Counted from the stretch's first letter, positions 10,501 to 19,465 are shown. The stretch is 64,000 bases of DNA from Candidatus Helarchaeota archaeon (GCA_019058315.1 JAHPZH010000005.1:288001-352000), one strand, 5' to 3'. A program made the numbers and translations. Notes: generated by a model not told the origin, from the letters alone.

Positions 10501-13500
10501 ATCATTCCAATCCCATTGCAGCTGATACCCCGCAACTGCTCCTAGCTCCAACGTGATGTCCGGTGCGCCTGCTAATAAATTCGGAGGGGAGGGGTCTGGC
10601 ACCGTAACCGTCACGTTATCCGATACCCAGTTGCCCGAAGTGTCGTTCACGCCGCACATATACTCGTATGTGCCGATTCCCAAAGCTGGAAGGGTATATG
10701 TTATATTAGTCCCGACAGACCAGGTCCCGTCAGCTAAATAAGTGCCAATAAGGGTAATGTTATACTCATTAGGAAATAAATCATTCCAATCCCATTCTAA
10801 GGTATACCCCGCAACTGCTCCCAACTCCAACGTGATATCAGGTGCACCTGCAAGTAAATTGGGTGGCGTAATATCTTGAACAGTAATAGAATTATTTAAA
10901 AAATTCCAATAGCCATCTATAGTATCATTAGCAAAAATGGTATATTCAATAACCCCAATTAAGCTTGGTGTCCAATTATACTCGTAAGTATTACCACCAA
11001 TGGGATTCATTGTATAATTGGCATTAATTATTTTAATTATTACTGTATCTACACTGGTTTCATTATCATAAGCATCAATTCGGATACATGCTTCTTGTCC
11101 AAATTCTACAGGATCTGTAATTTCAGTTAAGTTTTCTAATCTTGGTGGAAAATAAACAGTCGTCCAAACTTCAGAAGATGTGCTAACAAATCCTACCTTG
11201 TCAAAAGTTTCAAGTACATAGTAATACGTATCCCCATCTTGTATATTATTATCAAGAACTGATGTATTTATTGTACCTGAAGTATTTGTTACTAAAGTAG
11301 TATAGGGTCCCCCAGAACTCGTACTCCGCCACAGTACATAATAATCAATGCCGCTACCAGTAGCGTTTCCAATTCCAGGATCATCATAACCTGGATTTCC
11401 AGACCAATCAATTAAAATTGATCTTGCTCTAGTTATTGGAGGTAGTGCAATTGGTTGAGCAGCAGTTGGTGGGGTGTTATCCAGTTCTAAATAAACATGA
11501 GAATAGACAGATATACCAGAAGTTTCATTTTTTGCAGTTATGTTTACTAAATAGTTAGAATCAAAACGAGTATTAGACATTGAAATTGTGTGGTTATTAA
11601 TATACTGTGTATTACCTAAATCAGTTGTAGATTCTGCTGTCCCTCCATTACTATCGATCCTCGACCAATCAACAGTGACGTTAAGCCCCGCAAAATTCGT
11701 ATCAATAATTAAATCGATAGTTGATCCATTTTTACAACTTAATGATGAAGGGGTTACGTATTCAAAGATAGGGTATGGAATTGGGGGAGCAGATTGTAAT
11801 TTGTAGCTAATAGGGGTGGTTGCAGGATTACTTAGATCTGTTTTATATCTTCTATATTCGAGTTCTGCCCGATCCACATCTGAAACGTTATCAAATAGGT
11901 CGTAAACAATCCTGAAATAGTAAGGATCTGTTGTTAATGTGCTTCCATCAGGTATATCAAATCCAGTAGCACACCATCCTAATTCACCAAATTGCTGAAT
12001 ATCATTTAAATACATATATGGCGTACCTCCATATAATTCAAATGAAGGTATCATCTCTTGTCTTGGCAGATACATCCACATTCCTCCATGAGTTTCAGAA
12101 GTAACCATAATATAATCTGCAATACCTTCATTACCGGAAGGTGGTATTGTGGGTGGGTCAGTTGTCGGATCCCCTCCATTTAACAAATTATCATCTGCAT
12201 CGGTTCCACTAAAATAAATATATTTTTCACTGCCAACCGGATAATCGGGATTGGCATCTGCAGGAACATATCCCGGATATCCGCCCGGATTCCCACCCAG
12301 AATGGCTGAAAAATCAGTTCTCGTTGCATTATCAAACTGAACTGTCGGTAACCACATACCTACATCTAAAAAATTATAACCCCATGCTGTAATAGAGAGT
12401 GCATCTTTATCACCTTGTTCCATATTTTGGTAAAAAATGTGTACAGATTGTTCAATATACCACTCTTCTACATCTCCTACAATAGGTATATTAGTTAGAT
12501 AAGCTTGTTCATAGCTATTTTTTTGCAAAATAACTCGGACTGGTCCATTTTTAACTGCCAGACGATCTCCTTCGGTATCCCACCCATTCCAACCCGGTTG
12601 ATTAGGTGGCAGGGATAGTTGTATTGCGTATTCATTTGGATTATCAATTCCAGTTCCGCGGGTATTATAATATGTTCCACCCCATGTTCCGTAGGTCATA
12701 ATATCTTTGTAAATATCGATAGCATCCAAACTTAAAATCGAACATGCTCTTTCTAAATGTAATCCCGTAAAACCTTTGTCCATTTCATAGACAACATCCA
12801 CTCCATCACTACCCGGAGCTATAATTTTCAAACTGTCAATTATATCAGGATCATTATTATTAAACCGTTTTTGGTAAATTGGTGTCGTGACGGTTAAATT
12901 GCTTGGATCCCAACTCACTTTAGTTTGAAATGTCGGTATTTCTTGTTTTGTTATATTATTAAAATAAATATACATGAAAGATACTCCCCCATCAATTGGA
13001 TCTGAAATGTTAATTTCCAATCTCCAAGGAAAATTTTGCCTATCCCACCACGTATTTTCTCCAACATACCTTCCATTTTCCATATAAAAACAAATTTCAT
13101 CATCATAGTCAATGGCATATGGTACTTGAGTTCCAGTATCCCTCCCGTATAGATCAATTGGTTCGTAGTTATCTGTTCCATTTTTAGAAACATATGTATG
13201 AGTCGAATTAAATATAGGATCATATAGGGGATTACCTAAAGGTCCAGATAACATTCCCCAATCCCACATTAATGGCCATCCCTTCTCATCTATTTGATAT
13301 GGCACTTCAACCCATTGGTTTGAAGCGTTATAATATAGAACACGAATATAACTTTCATTCAATCCCCCTAGTGCACTGAACACGTATGGACTCTCATTCA
13401 TTCTAATGATTAATGGGTAACCTACCCTAGTCAAATTTGGTTCATTTGCGACTTTTGAAGTTAATGGAAACTTAATGTCATAAATCTCATTGGGAATTCT

Positions 13501-13650
13501 AATTTCATTAAGGCTAATATATATGTTAATATCAGGATTATACGTTATTTTATCATCCAAATCAAAGAAAGAGCTAATACCAATAGAATTTAATAATATT
13601 AAAGTTGATATTAGAATTATTAATCCACATTTTAACCTTTTACTCTTCAT
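4504..13650 (-). CDS. Giant single-pass cell-surface protein (signal/anchor, N-terminal domain, FN3, 13 Ig-like repeats, 7-blade beta-propeller, Ig/FN3, TM helix, cytoplasmic tail)
   Basis: 3048-aa ORF; hydrophobic N-terminus; many N-x-S/T sequons; TM IIIIIIIIGVVAAGVGISTSAILL followed by RKRQK. Confidence 0.9.
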   Translation of the reverse strand: MKSKRLKCGLIILISTLILLNSIGISSFFDLDDKITYNPDINIYISLNEIRIPNEIYDIKFPLTSKVANEPNLTRVGYPLIIRMNESPYVFSALGGLNESYIRVLYYNASNQWVEVPYQIDEKGWPLMWDWGMLSGPLGNPLYDPIFNSTHTYVSKNGTDNYEPIDLYGRDTGTQVPYAIDYDDEICFYMENGRYVGENTWWDRQNFPWRLEINISDPIDGGVSFMYIYFNNITKQEIPTFQTKVSWDPSNLTVTTPIYQKRFNNNDPDIIDSLKIIAPGSDGVDVVYEMDKGFTGLHLERACSILSLDAIDIYKDIMTYGTWGGTYYNTRGTGIDNPNEYAIQLSLPPNQPGWNGWDTEGDRLAVKNGPVRVILQKNSYEQAYLTNIPIVGDVEEWYIEQSVHIFYQNMEQGDKDALSITAWGYNFLDVGMWLPTVQFDNATRTDFSAILGGNPGGYPGYVPADANPDYPVGSEKYIYFSGTDADDNLLNGGDPTTDPPTIPPSGNEGIADYIMVTSETHGGMWMYLPRQEMIPSFELYGGTPYMYLNDIQQFGELGWCATGFDIPDGSTLTTDPYYFRIVYDLFDNVSDVDRAELEYRRYKTDLSNPATTPISYKLQSAPPIPYPIFEYVTPSSLSCKNGSTIDLIIDTNFAGLNVTVDWSRIDSNGGTAESTTDLGNTQYINNHTISMSNTRFDSNYLVNITAKNETSGISVYSHVYLELDNTPPTAAQPIALPPITRARSILIDWSGNPGYDDPGIGNATGSGIDYYVLWRSTSSGGPYTTLVTNTSGTINTSVLDNNIQDGDTYYYVLETFDKVGFVSTSSEVWTTVYFPPRLENLTEITDPVEFGQEACIRIDAYDNETSVDTVIIKIINANYTMNPIGGNTYEYNWTPSLIGVIEYTIFANDTIDGYWNFLNNSITVQDITPPNLLAGAPDITLELGAVAGYTLEWDWNDLFPNEYNITLIGTYLADGTWSVGTNITYTLPALGIGTYEYMCGVNDTSGNWVSDNVTVTVPDPSPPNLLAGAPDITLELGAVAGYQLQWDWNDLEPNLYNITLVSTYLADGTWSVGTNITYTLPALGLGVYEYMCGVNDTSGDWGTDNVTVTVVDSTPPNLLAGAPDAWLPLGSVAGYVLEWDWNDLLPNEYNITLFGSVVVDGTWAVGTNITYTLPALGPGVYEYMCGVNDTAGNWAWDNVTVTVPDPDPKPDLLAGAPDVTLELGSVAGYVLEWAWTDVDPSKYNITLIGTYLADGSWSVGTNITYTLPALGIGTYDYRCNVNDTAGNWAWDNVMVTVEDSTPPNLVAGAPNVIFLEGSVAGYMLEWDWNDVAPNEYNITLIGSYIADGSWSVGTNVTYTLPALALGTYEYMCGVNDSSGNWAWANVTVTVDCNCLPLLLAGAPDVTLELGAVAGYVLEWNWSTYKPDRYNITLVGSVVDSGGWVSGINITYTLPVLGLGTYNYMCTVNETFGYSTWASDNVTVTVVDTTPPNLVAGAPDIILNEGFVAGYTLEWAWNDLLPNEYNITLIGSYLADGTWSVGTNVTYTLPALGLGVYEFMCGVNDTSGNWAWDNLTVAVANLPLIPFLSAVTPDITLELGAVAGYQLQWNWTDTNPNEYNITLVDNYLADGTWLVGTNVTYTLPVLGLGVYEYMCSVNDTFGNWAWDNVTVTVVDRTAPNLLAGALDITLELGAVAGYTLEWDWNDLLPNEYNITLIDTYLTDGTWSVGTNVTYTLPALGPGIYDYMCGVNDTSGNWAWDNVTVTVEPFNIPPTLLAGAMDITLELGAVAGYQLQWAWNDLNPNEYNITLIYTYLADGTWSVGTNITYTLPALGLGTYNYMCAVNDTTDLWATDNVTVTVVDSMNPNLVTGAPDITLSEGSVAGYNLEWNWNDLLPNEYNITLIGIYMGDGTWSVGTNITYTLPMLGPGVYEYMCGVNDTSGNWAWDNVTVTVLESIPPNLLAGAPDINLYEGSVAGYQLQWNWTDATPNEYNITIISTYLADGTWSVGTNVTYTLPALGMGVYVYICGVNDTFGYSSSDNVTVTVLIPPAPPTLLAGAPDITLELGAVAGYTLEWEWNDISPNEYNITLVGTYLADGTWSVGTNITYTLPALGIGTYDYRCSVNDTAGNWATDNVTVTVVDTTPPSIINLTMNWSNATVISDDSSGWNDWTSWYPAIATDNNGNIHVVWEDNTDGEWGTDVEIMYVNYTVAGWSNVTVISDDYTGWNDDSSRRPRIAVDNNGNIHVVWYDSTNGEYGNDIEIMYVNYTAAGWSNATVISDDYTGWNVHNSLNPDIAVDNNGNVHVVWYDDTDGEWGTDVEIMYVNYTATGWSNVTCISDYYGWNDNSSYYPRISTDINGNVHVVWMDYTYGEWGTDREIFYANCTAAGWSNATCISDIYGWNDGDSFLPCITVDKTGNLQVVWDDETDGEWGTDREIFYVNYTAAGWSNATCISDIYGLNDYWSFRPSIITDKNDNIHVVWEDSINFGGPADHIKYASYTTAGWSNVICISDYYGWNNDHSIAASITSDNNSSIHVVWHDYTNGEWGTDEEIMYSVLESIYPLELGQPKIIDAVVYDLSSIIQVLIEFEGSNHTMTNIGGNYWRYDNWTPNSIGNYPYTIWAEDGANNWNSRGATIEVIDTTSPTYGNLTESADPLDLGQNETITINVSDLSGINQVLLEYEGSNHTMNYISGNTWRWTDWQPSAIGIYPYTVYMSDNLNNWNSVSGDINVSIIITIEPWLENLTEITDPLELGQEASIRIDAYDADGISKVIIEIGGVNDTMVPIGGNTYEYNWTPSAFGVISYTIIANDTFNNWGPFFFSSITVQDNTPPTKPLNPGIIIQQGNVTISWTASFDYSTVYYQIWRNGQCLGNTTSNFYSDLINLTSGKYSYEIRPVDEANNTGESLYITIKIYGPFKIPPFFPPYDNIIIIIIIIGVVAAGVGISTSAILLRKRQKSISKRVVSSESLNEDIKDVIHWRMPIKSIKQTYLKEYFQGEFTILSKSEMDRIFDLKIPEIEKLVILEELAGLSPEEREEFLKAMENIEEE
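5980..7191 (-). repeat. Seven ~59-60-aa beta-propeller-like coding repeats
   Basis: WSN(A/V)TxISD..GWN..S..P.I..D.NGNxHVVWxD...GEWGTD.EIMY, seven copies. Confidence 0.85.
7222..10866 (-). repeat. Thirteen tandem ~92-aa (~280 bp) Ig-like coding repeats
   Basis: PPNLLAGAPDITLELGAVAGY.L.W.WND..PNEYNITL...YLADGTWSVGTNITYTLPALG.G.Y.YMCGVNDT.GNWAWDNVTVTV counted 13 times; also near-identical at DNA level. Confidence 0.92.
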
Positions 13651-13925
13651 TTTTCTTCACGACTTAGAAAAATTAAATTAGGGCAAATAAAAATAACTTA
13701 AACGTTTTAATTTCCCAAATTACATTAAAAATGATTTAATAAACCCAAAATTATAATTATTTTTTTCATTCCAAATTTTATAAAGGCGTTAGGTCCATTC
13801 TAAAAACTCTTATTTTAAAGAATTATGAGGTTAACCATATGAAATTAAGCAATTTATAAAAAAACGAAATGGTAAAAATTCAATAGTTTTAATTTCAAAG
13901 TTTAAAAAAGGTTGTTAGAATATTT

Positions 13926-14606
13926 TTAGATTTTAAATGACTCAATTTTATTTTTTCTGGATGAAATTCTTTCAGACTCTATATATATGTCTATTTTTAG
14001 TTTTGGTATCTTTAATATTTTAAGAATAGGAATTATGAATTTTAAATTGCCAAAGTATTTTGGAGATTTTCTATCATTTTCTATAAGTACAAATTCAAAT
14101 TTTGCTAGATTTGAAATAATTTCTTCAACTTTTTCTGAATTAATTTTGACTTTTTTTGCCAGTTCATTTAAAAAGATTCCAGGTTCAAGCAAGATATTTT
14201 CTAGAATTTTAAAATTCTTTGAATCCCTTATTAGAACTATTTTCTCATCTAAAATCGGATCGATGTAAGAATTAAAATAGATAATTTTGTTCTTTATTCT
14301 ATTTTTTCTAATAAAGTCAAATTTTTCCAGCATCTTTAGGTGCCAAATGGCTAATTGAGGGTTTATGTTTAAGTTTTCTCGAATCTCTCTCTGATGAGAA
14401 CCGGGATTTTTGGATATGTATCTATAAATATTTTTTCGTTTAATATTTTGAAGAACGGAATCCTTTGTTAGTTTAGTGCCTCTGATTATAATTTTTTTAG
14501 CGATTAACTGATAAATCGCTTCATTAATTTTTTTTTCACTTTCAATTTCATTTTTGAATATTTTTAGAGTTTTAATTGATACATTATAAAGTTCTTCAAT
14601 TGACAA
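13926..14606 (-). CDS. Winged-helix transcriptional regulator (tandem wHTH)
   Basis: RKNIYRYISKNPGSHQREIRENLNINPQLAIWHLKMLEKF and a second wHTH ILLEPGIFLNELAKKV; true start may be further upstream. Confidence 0.75.
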   Translation of the reverse strand: MSIEELYNVSIKTLKIFKNEIESEKKINEAIYQLIAKKIIIRGTKLTKDSVLQNIKRKNIYRYISKNPGSHQREIRENLNINPQLAIWHLKMLEKFDFIRKNRIKNKIIYFNSYIDPILDEKIVLIRDSKNFKILENILLEPGIFLNELAKKVKINSEKVEEIISNLAKFEFVLIENDRKSPKYFGNLKFIIPILKILKIPKLKIDIYIESERISSRKNKIESFKI

Positions 14607-14750
14607 TGGACCTTTTTTTACTAGTTTCTTAGCAATTTCTAAGACTGATTCCTCAACTGGAGGTTTTTTCGTTATTTTAAATGAAATCCTTCCCCAATTT
14701 ACTTTATTATATGTCTAATAACAATATAATTTATTTCCCTTATATCTTTT

Positions 14751-15425
14751 TTGAAGATGAAAATTCTTTTTAAAAAAGTAGAGAAAGAAATATTGAAAAT
14801 GCAAAATGATAGATTATTAAGAATCAGTGGGATTGTCGCTTCACTACTTGGATTAATATTAATTTTATTTGGAAATATTAAAACTCCAGCAAATTTTAGA
14901 ATTTTGGGTGATATTATTCAAAATATCTTGTTATTTAATATTATATTACTGTTATTTTTACCTGAACAAAGAAAGTTGGAGAATGCACTCATTTTGGGTT
15001 TATTTACGATGATCTTTGATTTCTTACTAGAAACTATTGCAGTTTATCTCAATTGGTGGTATCCAAAGGGAGGGTTTCAAGCCCGACCCTTTTTAATAAT
15101 ACCTTTAGAGATGGTGATTAGTTTTATGCTTATAGGGACTACGGTAGGAATAATTCTAGGTATTCCCGAAAAAATTCGAAATATGGACTTTAGACCTTTT
15201 AATTGGTTGAAATTTTTTGTAAAAAATCCAAGATATGATTTGATGTGGAGAATTTTATTTATTTTCGTTAATGCTGTAGTAGGAACTAATGGGGATTACA
15301 CTGCGGGATACGATATTTGGGTTCCAGGGCCAAATTGGCACTGGATTTATACGTTTTTTGTTTGGTTTGGCGGCGGGATGATCATTTTATCGGTATTTTA
15401 CTACCTTGAAAAAAAAAGGGAATAA
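14751..15425 (+). CDS. Hypothetical membrane protein
   Basis: About 6 TM helices; WWYP..IPLEM motif. Confidence 0.6.
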   Translation: MKMKILFKKVEKEILKMQNDRLLRISGIVASLLGLILILFGNIKTPANFRILGDIIQNILLFNIILLLFLPEQRKLENALILGLFTMIFDFLLETIAVYLNWWYPKGGFQARPFLIIPLEMVISFMLIGTTVGIILGIPEKIRNMDFRPFNWLKFFVKNPRYDLMWRILFIFVNAVVGTNGDYTAGYDIWVPGPNWHWIYTFFVWFGGGMIILSVFYYLEKKRE

Positions 15426-16334
15426 TTATTCAACAAAATTAATCTTGGGTTTATTTCTAGGAACTAGATACTTGAAATTTGTATCTTTTCTACCTAAAGC
15501 TAAACAATAACGGGCTTTATGATCTTTAGGAATTCCTATTAATTTTCTGACCTTTCTTGAATAATATATAGCAAACATTAGCATGCCCAAAGAGACAGTC
15601 CCAAGACCCATTGCTTCTGCCATGAGCATTAAATATGCCGCTGTAAGTGTAGTATTTTCAATAATCATGGTATTTACAGTATATTTTTTATTTGCTGTAA
15701 TAATGATAAGAGCTGGGGCACCCCAAAATAATACATCTTTTCCACCTTTTTCCATTTCTGCAAATATTCTCTTCATTGGGTCAATCGTTGAAAGCATTGC
15801 GTTAACCATATTTGCTGGGACAAAATTCTCTAGTATTTTGACCATTTTTTCTGGATCCTCTGGAAGTGAATTAACAATCATTGAAATTTCTTTTACAATA
15901 GCATTTCTGATTTCTTTAACTTTCTCGCCAGTAATTACCGTGAATTCAGATGGTTGGTCATTGTGTCCGGAGGGAGCATATCTTGCAGCATCGATTAGGC
16001 GTTCCAATTCAGATTTTGATATCGGATCAGGTTTGAATAATCTTGTAGATCTTCTAGACCTCATAAAATTCATGAGAGTTTCGGGATCTATTTTAAATTT
16101 AGGAATAGGTATCTTTTCAGATATATCATAACGGGCAATAGTAACTGCATCTTCGGGACATACACCCATACAATGTGCACATCTAATACATTGCGTCTTC
16201 GCCAGTTTACTTACCAAAATGCTTCCATTTTTTTCATATAAAGTTGCTGTAGGACAAGTCCTTACACATTCCATACATTGAATACATTTGTCTTGATCAA
16301 TTGAAACAGGACTGGTTTCACTCATATAATTCAT
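15426..16334 (-). CDS. Nitroreductase family protein with N-terminal 2x[4Fe-4S] ferredoxin domain
   Basis: CIQCMECVRTCP, CIRCAHCMGVCP; RRSTR, APSGHNDQP, LMAEAMGLGT. Confidence 0.92.
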   Translation of the reverse strand: MNYMSETSPVSIDQDKCIQCMECVRTCPTATLYEKNGSILVSKLAKTQCIRCAHCMGVCPEDAVTIARYDISEKIPIPKFKIDPETLMNFMRSRRSTRLFKPDPISKSELERLIDAARYAPSGHNDQPSEFTVITGEKVKEIRNAIVKEISMIVNSLPEDPEKMVKILENFVPANMVNAMLSTIDPMKRIFAEMEKGGKDVLFWGAPALIIITANKKYTVNTMIIENTTLTAAYLMLMAEAMGLGTVSLGMLMFAIYYSRKVRKLIGIPKDHKARYCLALGRKDTNFKYLVPRNKPKINFVE

Positions 16335-16355
16335 TCCTTCTTATTATATTTCATT

Positions 16356-16952
16356 TTAATTTTTATACATACCACGTAAACGAACTATATCCGCAAAAGC
16401 GGTTCCGTGAGGTATTCCCAACTGTGCTACATATTGGGCGAAAGTACCTACACTCTGGTCGGTATATTTATCCAAAAGAGCATTTAATCCTGCATTAAAC
16501 TCAGCCACTTTTTTCATATGGTCATTACTTCCTTGTTTCCCATCCTCAATGCCCACCATACATTCAATAAACAGTTTTCGTACGGCTATTACTTCCTCCT
16601 CAAATGTCTTTTCCACTTTATGCTCTTTGAAATTTGCTACTGCATAATACCATCGCCCCTTCTTGATTATGAAATCAACCTTGCCATCTTCTTCGGCGAG
16701 TTTCAAAGCTAGGGCTGGAACTTCTTCTTGTTTAACATCTTCGATAACCCCTCGGTCTCCCCACCTTTTAAATTTTCGAGTATCGTCCATATATTTTCCC
16801 ACTGCATATAAATTTGCTTCCGCCACTAATGTAAAATCCGCCTTATGCCATTGTACACGTTCATATTCCTCGTTTATTTGTACTTGTTTAACACCTAATG
16901 AGTCAAGTTTTTTTTGGATTTCATCTCTTGGAAAATAAGTTATATCAACCAT
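16356..16952 (-). CDS. Hypothetical soluble protein
   Basis: Coding-like composition; likely start MVDITY at 16952; no family recognised. Confidence 0.6.
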   Translation of the reverse strand: MVDITYFPRDEIQKKLDSLGVKQVQINEEYERVQWHKADFTLVAEANLYAVGKYMDDTRKFKRWGDRGVIEDVKQEEVPALALKLAEEDGKVDFIIKKGRWYYAVANFKEHKVEKTFEEEVIAVRKLFIECMVGIEDGKQGSNDHMKKVAEFNAGLNALLDKYTDQSVGTFAQYVAQLGIPHGTAFADIVRLRGMYKN

Positions 16953-17025
16953 AAAAAAAAAGGAGATTTCTGAAATTAAAATTGAATGCAATACTATAGA
17001 AAAAACATATTTAGATTGTTGAATG

Positions 17026-17793
17026 CTAACTTATTAATCCTAACATATATGGGATTGCCAAATATGGAACATAAGCTAATACAATCTCTACAACTACATC
17101 ATAAGCAAGTGCTCCGAATTCAATTAATGGAGGGGCTCGACTCAAGAAAGGATATAAACCAACTTCAATCCAGCGTGTTCCAGCTAACCATTCCGATAAT
17201 GTCCAGACGCTTATAAATGTTAACATTACAAATAATAAATAAAATCCTCTTTTTCGCTGTTCTGGTTCCGCTCTAATAAAGAAAATTATATTTATTACAA
17301 TCATTAAACTCATAAAAATCACTGCTATAATTGGAAACATATCTCTTATTGAAGGTACAAATAATCCAACAAATGGGAATTTGACGCTATCCCTAAGAGT
17401 GCTAAACACCAAAACTAAAAGTATAACTACAAATATTATGATTGAAGATTTCCTTGTTTCTTCATCCCTAATTTTGTCAGCTCCAAATGTTCCCAATACT
17501 GCCACTGCACTTCCTTCTGAAATTCCTTGTAATGGGGCGGAAATCCATAAGGGAATCTCGATTCCAAATAGGTATTTGGCCTGTATTATACGAGTGCCAC
17601 CTATTTGTAAAGACACCTCAACTAATGACCAAATTATTGTTCCAAATAGAAAGATCCAAAAATAATCTAGTCTTTCATTCTTTTTCCAATCATAAATTAC
17701 TAGAATAACTATGATGATAGATAGAAATAATTTGGTATTCCAATTAGTGCCAAAACTGCCACCTCTAATCATAAAAATACTTTCAATAACCAT
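17026..17793 (-). CDS. Hypothetical multi-pass membrane protein
   Basis: About 7 hydrophobic segments; two related WxLxE..GTR motifs suggest internal duplication. Confidence 0.65.
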   Translation of the reverse strand: MVIESIFMIRGGSFGTNWNTKLFLSIIIVILVIYDWKKNERLDYFWIFLFGTIIWSLVEVSLQIGGTRIIQAKYLFGIEIPLWISAPLQGISEGSAVAVLGTFGADKIRDEETRKSSIIIFVVILLVLVFSTLRDSVKFPFVGLFVPSIRDMFPIIAVIFMSLMIVINIIFFIRAEPEQRKRGFYLLFVMLTFISVWTLSEWLAGTRWIEVGLYPFLSRAPPLIEFGALAYDVVVEIVLAYVPYLAIPYMLGLIS

Positions 17794-17942
17794 ATTCTCA
17801 CTTCTAGATATTGAATATAATTCCAGCTGAACACTTTGAATATATTTTTAATTATTTTTACAATCAATTAAATAATCTATGGAACTATTTTGAGAATTTT
17901 ATTATTTTTCATATTTCGTTTAATTTAAATTTGAGATGTGTA

Positions 17943-19316
17943 ATGATGAAGGATGATTTGAAATCTCAAATAAGCAAATTTTTTTACCCAAAATCTGTTG
18001 CCATTATTGGTGCATCCCGTAGTCCCACTAAATTTGGGAACTTGTTTCTTAGATCTTTTATAACTAATAAATTCCCTGGTAAAATTTATCCGATTAATCC
18101 TAAAGCAGATGAAATTCTAGGAGTTGAAGCTCATAAAAATTTGATTGATATTCAAGATCCTATAGATTTAGCAATTATTACAACTCATCCTGCTGAAAAT
18201 ATAAAGTTGGTCAAAGATTGTGTTAAAAAAGGTATTGAAGCAATAATTATATTCTCTGCAGGTTATGCTGAAATTGGGGAAGCTGGAAGAGAGAGGGAAA
18301 AAGAGTTATTATCAATCATAAAGGGAAAAGCTAGAGTAATAGGTCCAAATTGTGTTGGAATTCATTCTGCTCCTGGTAGAGTTTCTTCCTTTCCTGCAAC
18401 CTCTTTCGATTTAGATGCCGAAGTGGCCGTATTATCTCAAAGCGGATATTTAACATCCCTTTTAACAAGAATTTTAACACTTCGTGGAATTCCTGTAACA
18501 TTTGCAGTTAGTTTAGGCAATTCTATTGATTTGAATATCTGTGATTTTCTTGAATATTTTAAAGAGGAAAATAATACGAAATATATAGGAATGTATCTGG
18601 AGGGTGTTTCTCAAGGAGACCGGTTTATAAAATTATGTAAAGACATGAGGGGCAAAAAACAATTAATAATTTGGAAACCGGGAAGAACTAATATAGGAAA
18701 AAAAGCTATATCAACCCATACAGCAAGTATTACTGGGGAAGATAAGATATGGAATGCTATTTTTAGTCAATATAGTATATTCCGAGTTAATTCAGCCGAA
18801 GAAATATTGAATCAAGTTATCGCATTAAAATTTTCAGAAACTATGAAAGGACCAAAAGTTGGTATTGTTGGTTCTCAAGGGGGATTAACCGTAACTACTG
18901 CTGAAAATTGCGAATATTATGGTATTGAATTAGCTAAATTAACTGATCACACTAAGGAACAACTAAGAAAAGCAATTCCGGAATTTGGCACTAGCGTTAA
19001 TAATCCAGTAGACATTTCAATTGCTGCAGCGATGAATTCAAAGCTTTATGCAGATGCTGGTAAAATAGTACTTAAGGATAAGAATGTAGACATTCTGTTA
19101 ATTAATGGAACTTGGATGTTAGACAGTCTATTCATAAAATATTTATTAAGTCTTAGAAAAGTAAACGATAAACCTATTTTTTTTATAGAACCATCAATTC
19201 CAGAGAGATTAAGATCTTATAGAAAACTCTTAAACAATAAAATTGGGGTTACTTTTACTTCATTTTCATTTTTAAGATTTTTAAAAAGCGCAATTGATTC
19301 CAAATTTAAAATGTAA
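17943..19316 (+). CDS. ADP-forming acyl-CoA synthetase alpha subunit (CoA-binding)
   Basis: PKSVAIIGAS, IYPINP, GPNCVG, SQSG, SLGN, YLEG, phospho-His motif STHTAS, NPVD; likely start 17943. Confidence 0.88.
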   Translation: MMKDDLKSQISKFFYPKSVAIIGASRSPTKFGNLFLRSFITNKFPGKIYPINPKADEILGVEAHKNLIDIQDPIDLAIITTHPAENIKLVKDCVKKGIEAIIIFSAGYAEIGEAGREREKELLSIIKGKARVIGPNCVGIHSAPGRVSSFPATSFDLDAEVAVLSQSGYLTSLLTRILTLRGIPVTFAVSLGNSIDLNICDFLEYFKEENNTKYIGMYLEGVSQGDRFIKLCKDMRGKKQLIIWKPGRTNIGKKAISTHTASITGEDKIWNAIFSQYSIFRVNSAEEILNQVIALKFSETMKGPKVGIVGSQGGLTVTTAENCEYYGIELAKLTDHTKEQLRKAIPEFGTSVNNPVDISIAAAMNSKLYADAGKIVLKDKNVDILLINGTWMLDSLFIKYLLSLRKVNDKPIFFIEPSIPERLRSYRKLLNNKIGVTFTSFSFLRFLKSAIDSKFKM

Positions 19317-19465
19317 AATTCAAAAAATTTTACCGATTTTAAAATATTATAAGTCAAATATATCATAAATTAGTCAAGAAATCTTATTTTAGTTAATGAG
19401 TTTGTGAAAAAAATTCTTATTACTTTTCTTAATTGTATTTTAAAAAGAATGTGAAGTTGATTAAA

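Noticed and set aside
5980-10866. Possible CRISPR array or diversity-generating retroelement target
   Set aside because: Repeats are in-frame protein domains of about 180 and 280 bp without unique spacers; no cas or reverse transcriptase gene, and no template/variable pair with adenine-specific differences was seen
5170-13681. Many short ORFs inside the giant gene, some themselves repetitive
   Set aside because: Antisense or off-frame shadows of the coding repeats
15583-16131. 182-aa plus-strand ORF; similar ORFs at 20233-20757 and 44245-44943
   Set aside because: Antisense to well-supported genes (nitroreductase, thiolase, FAD oxidoreductase) and lacking motifs
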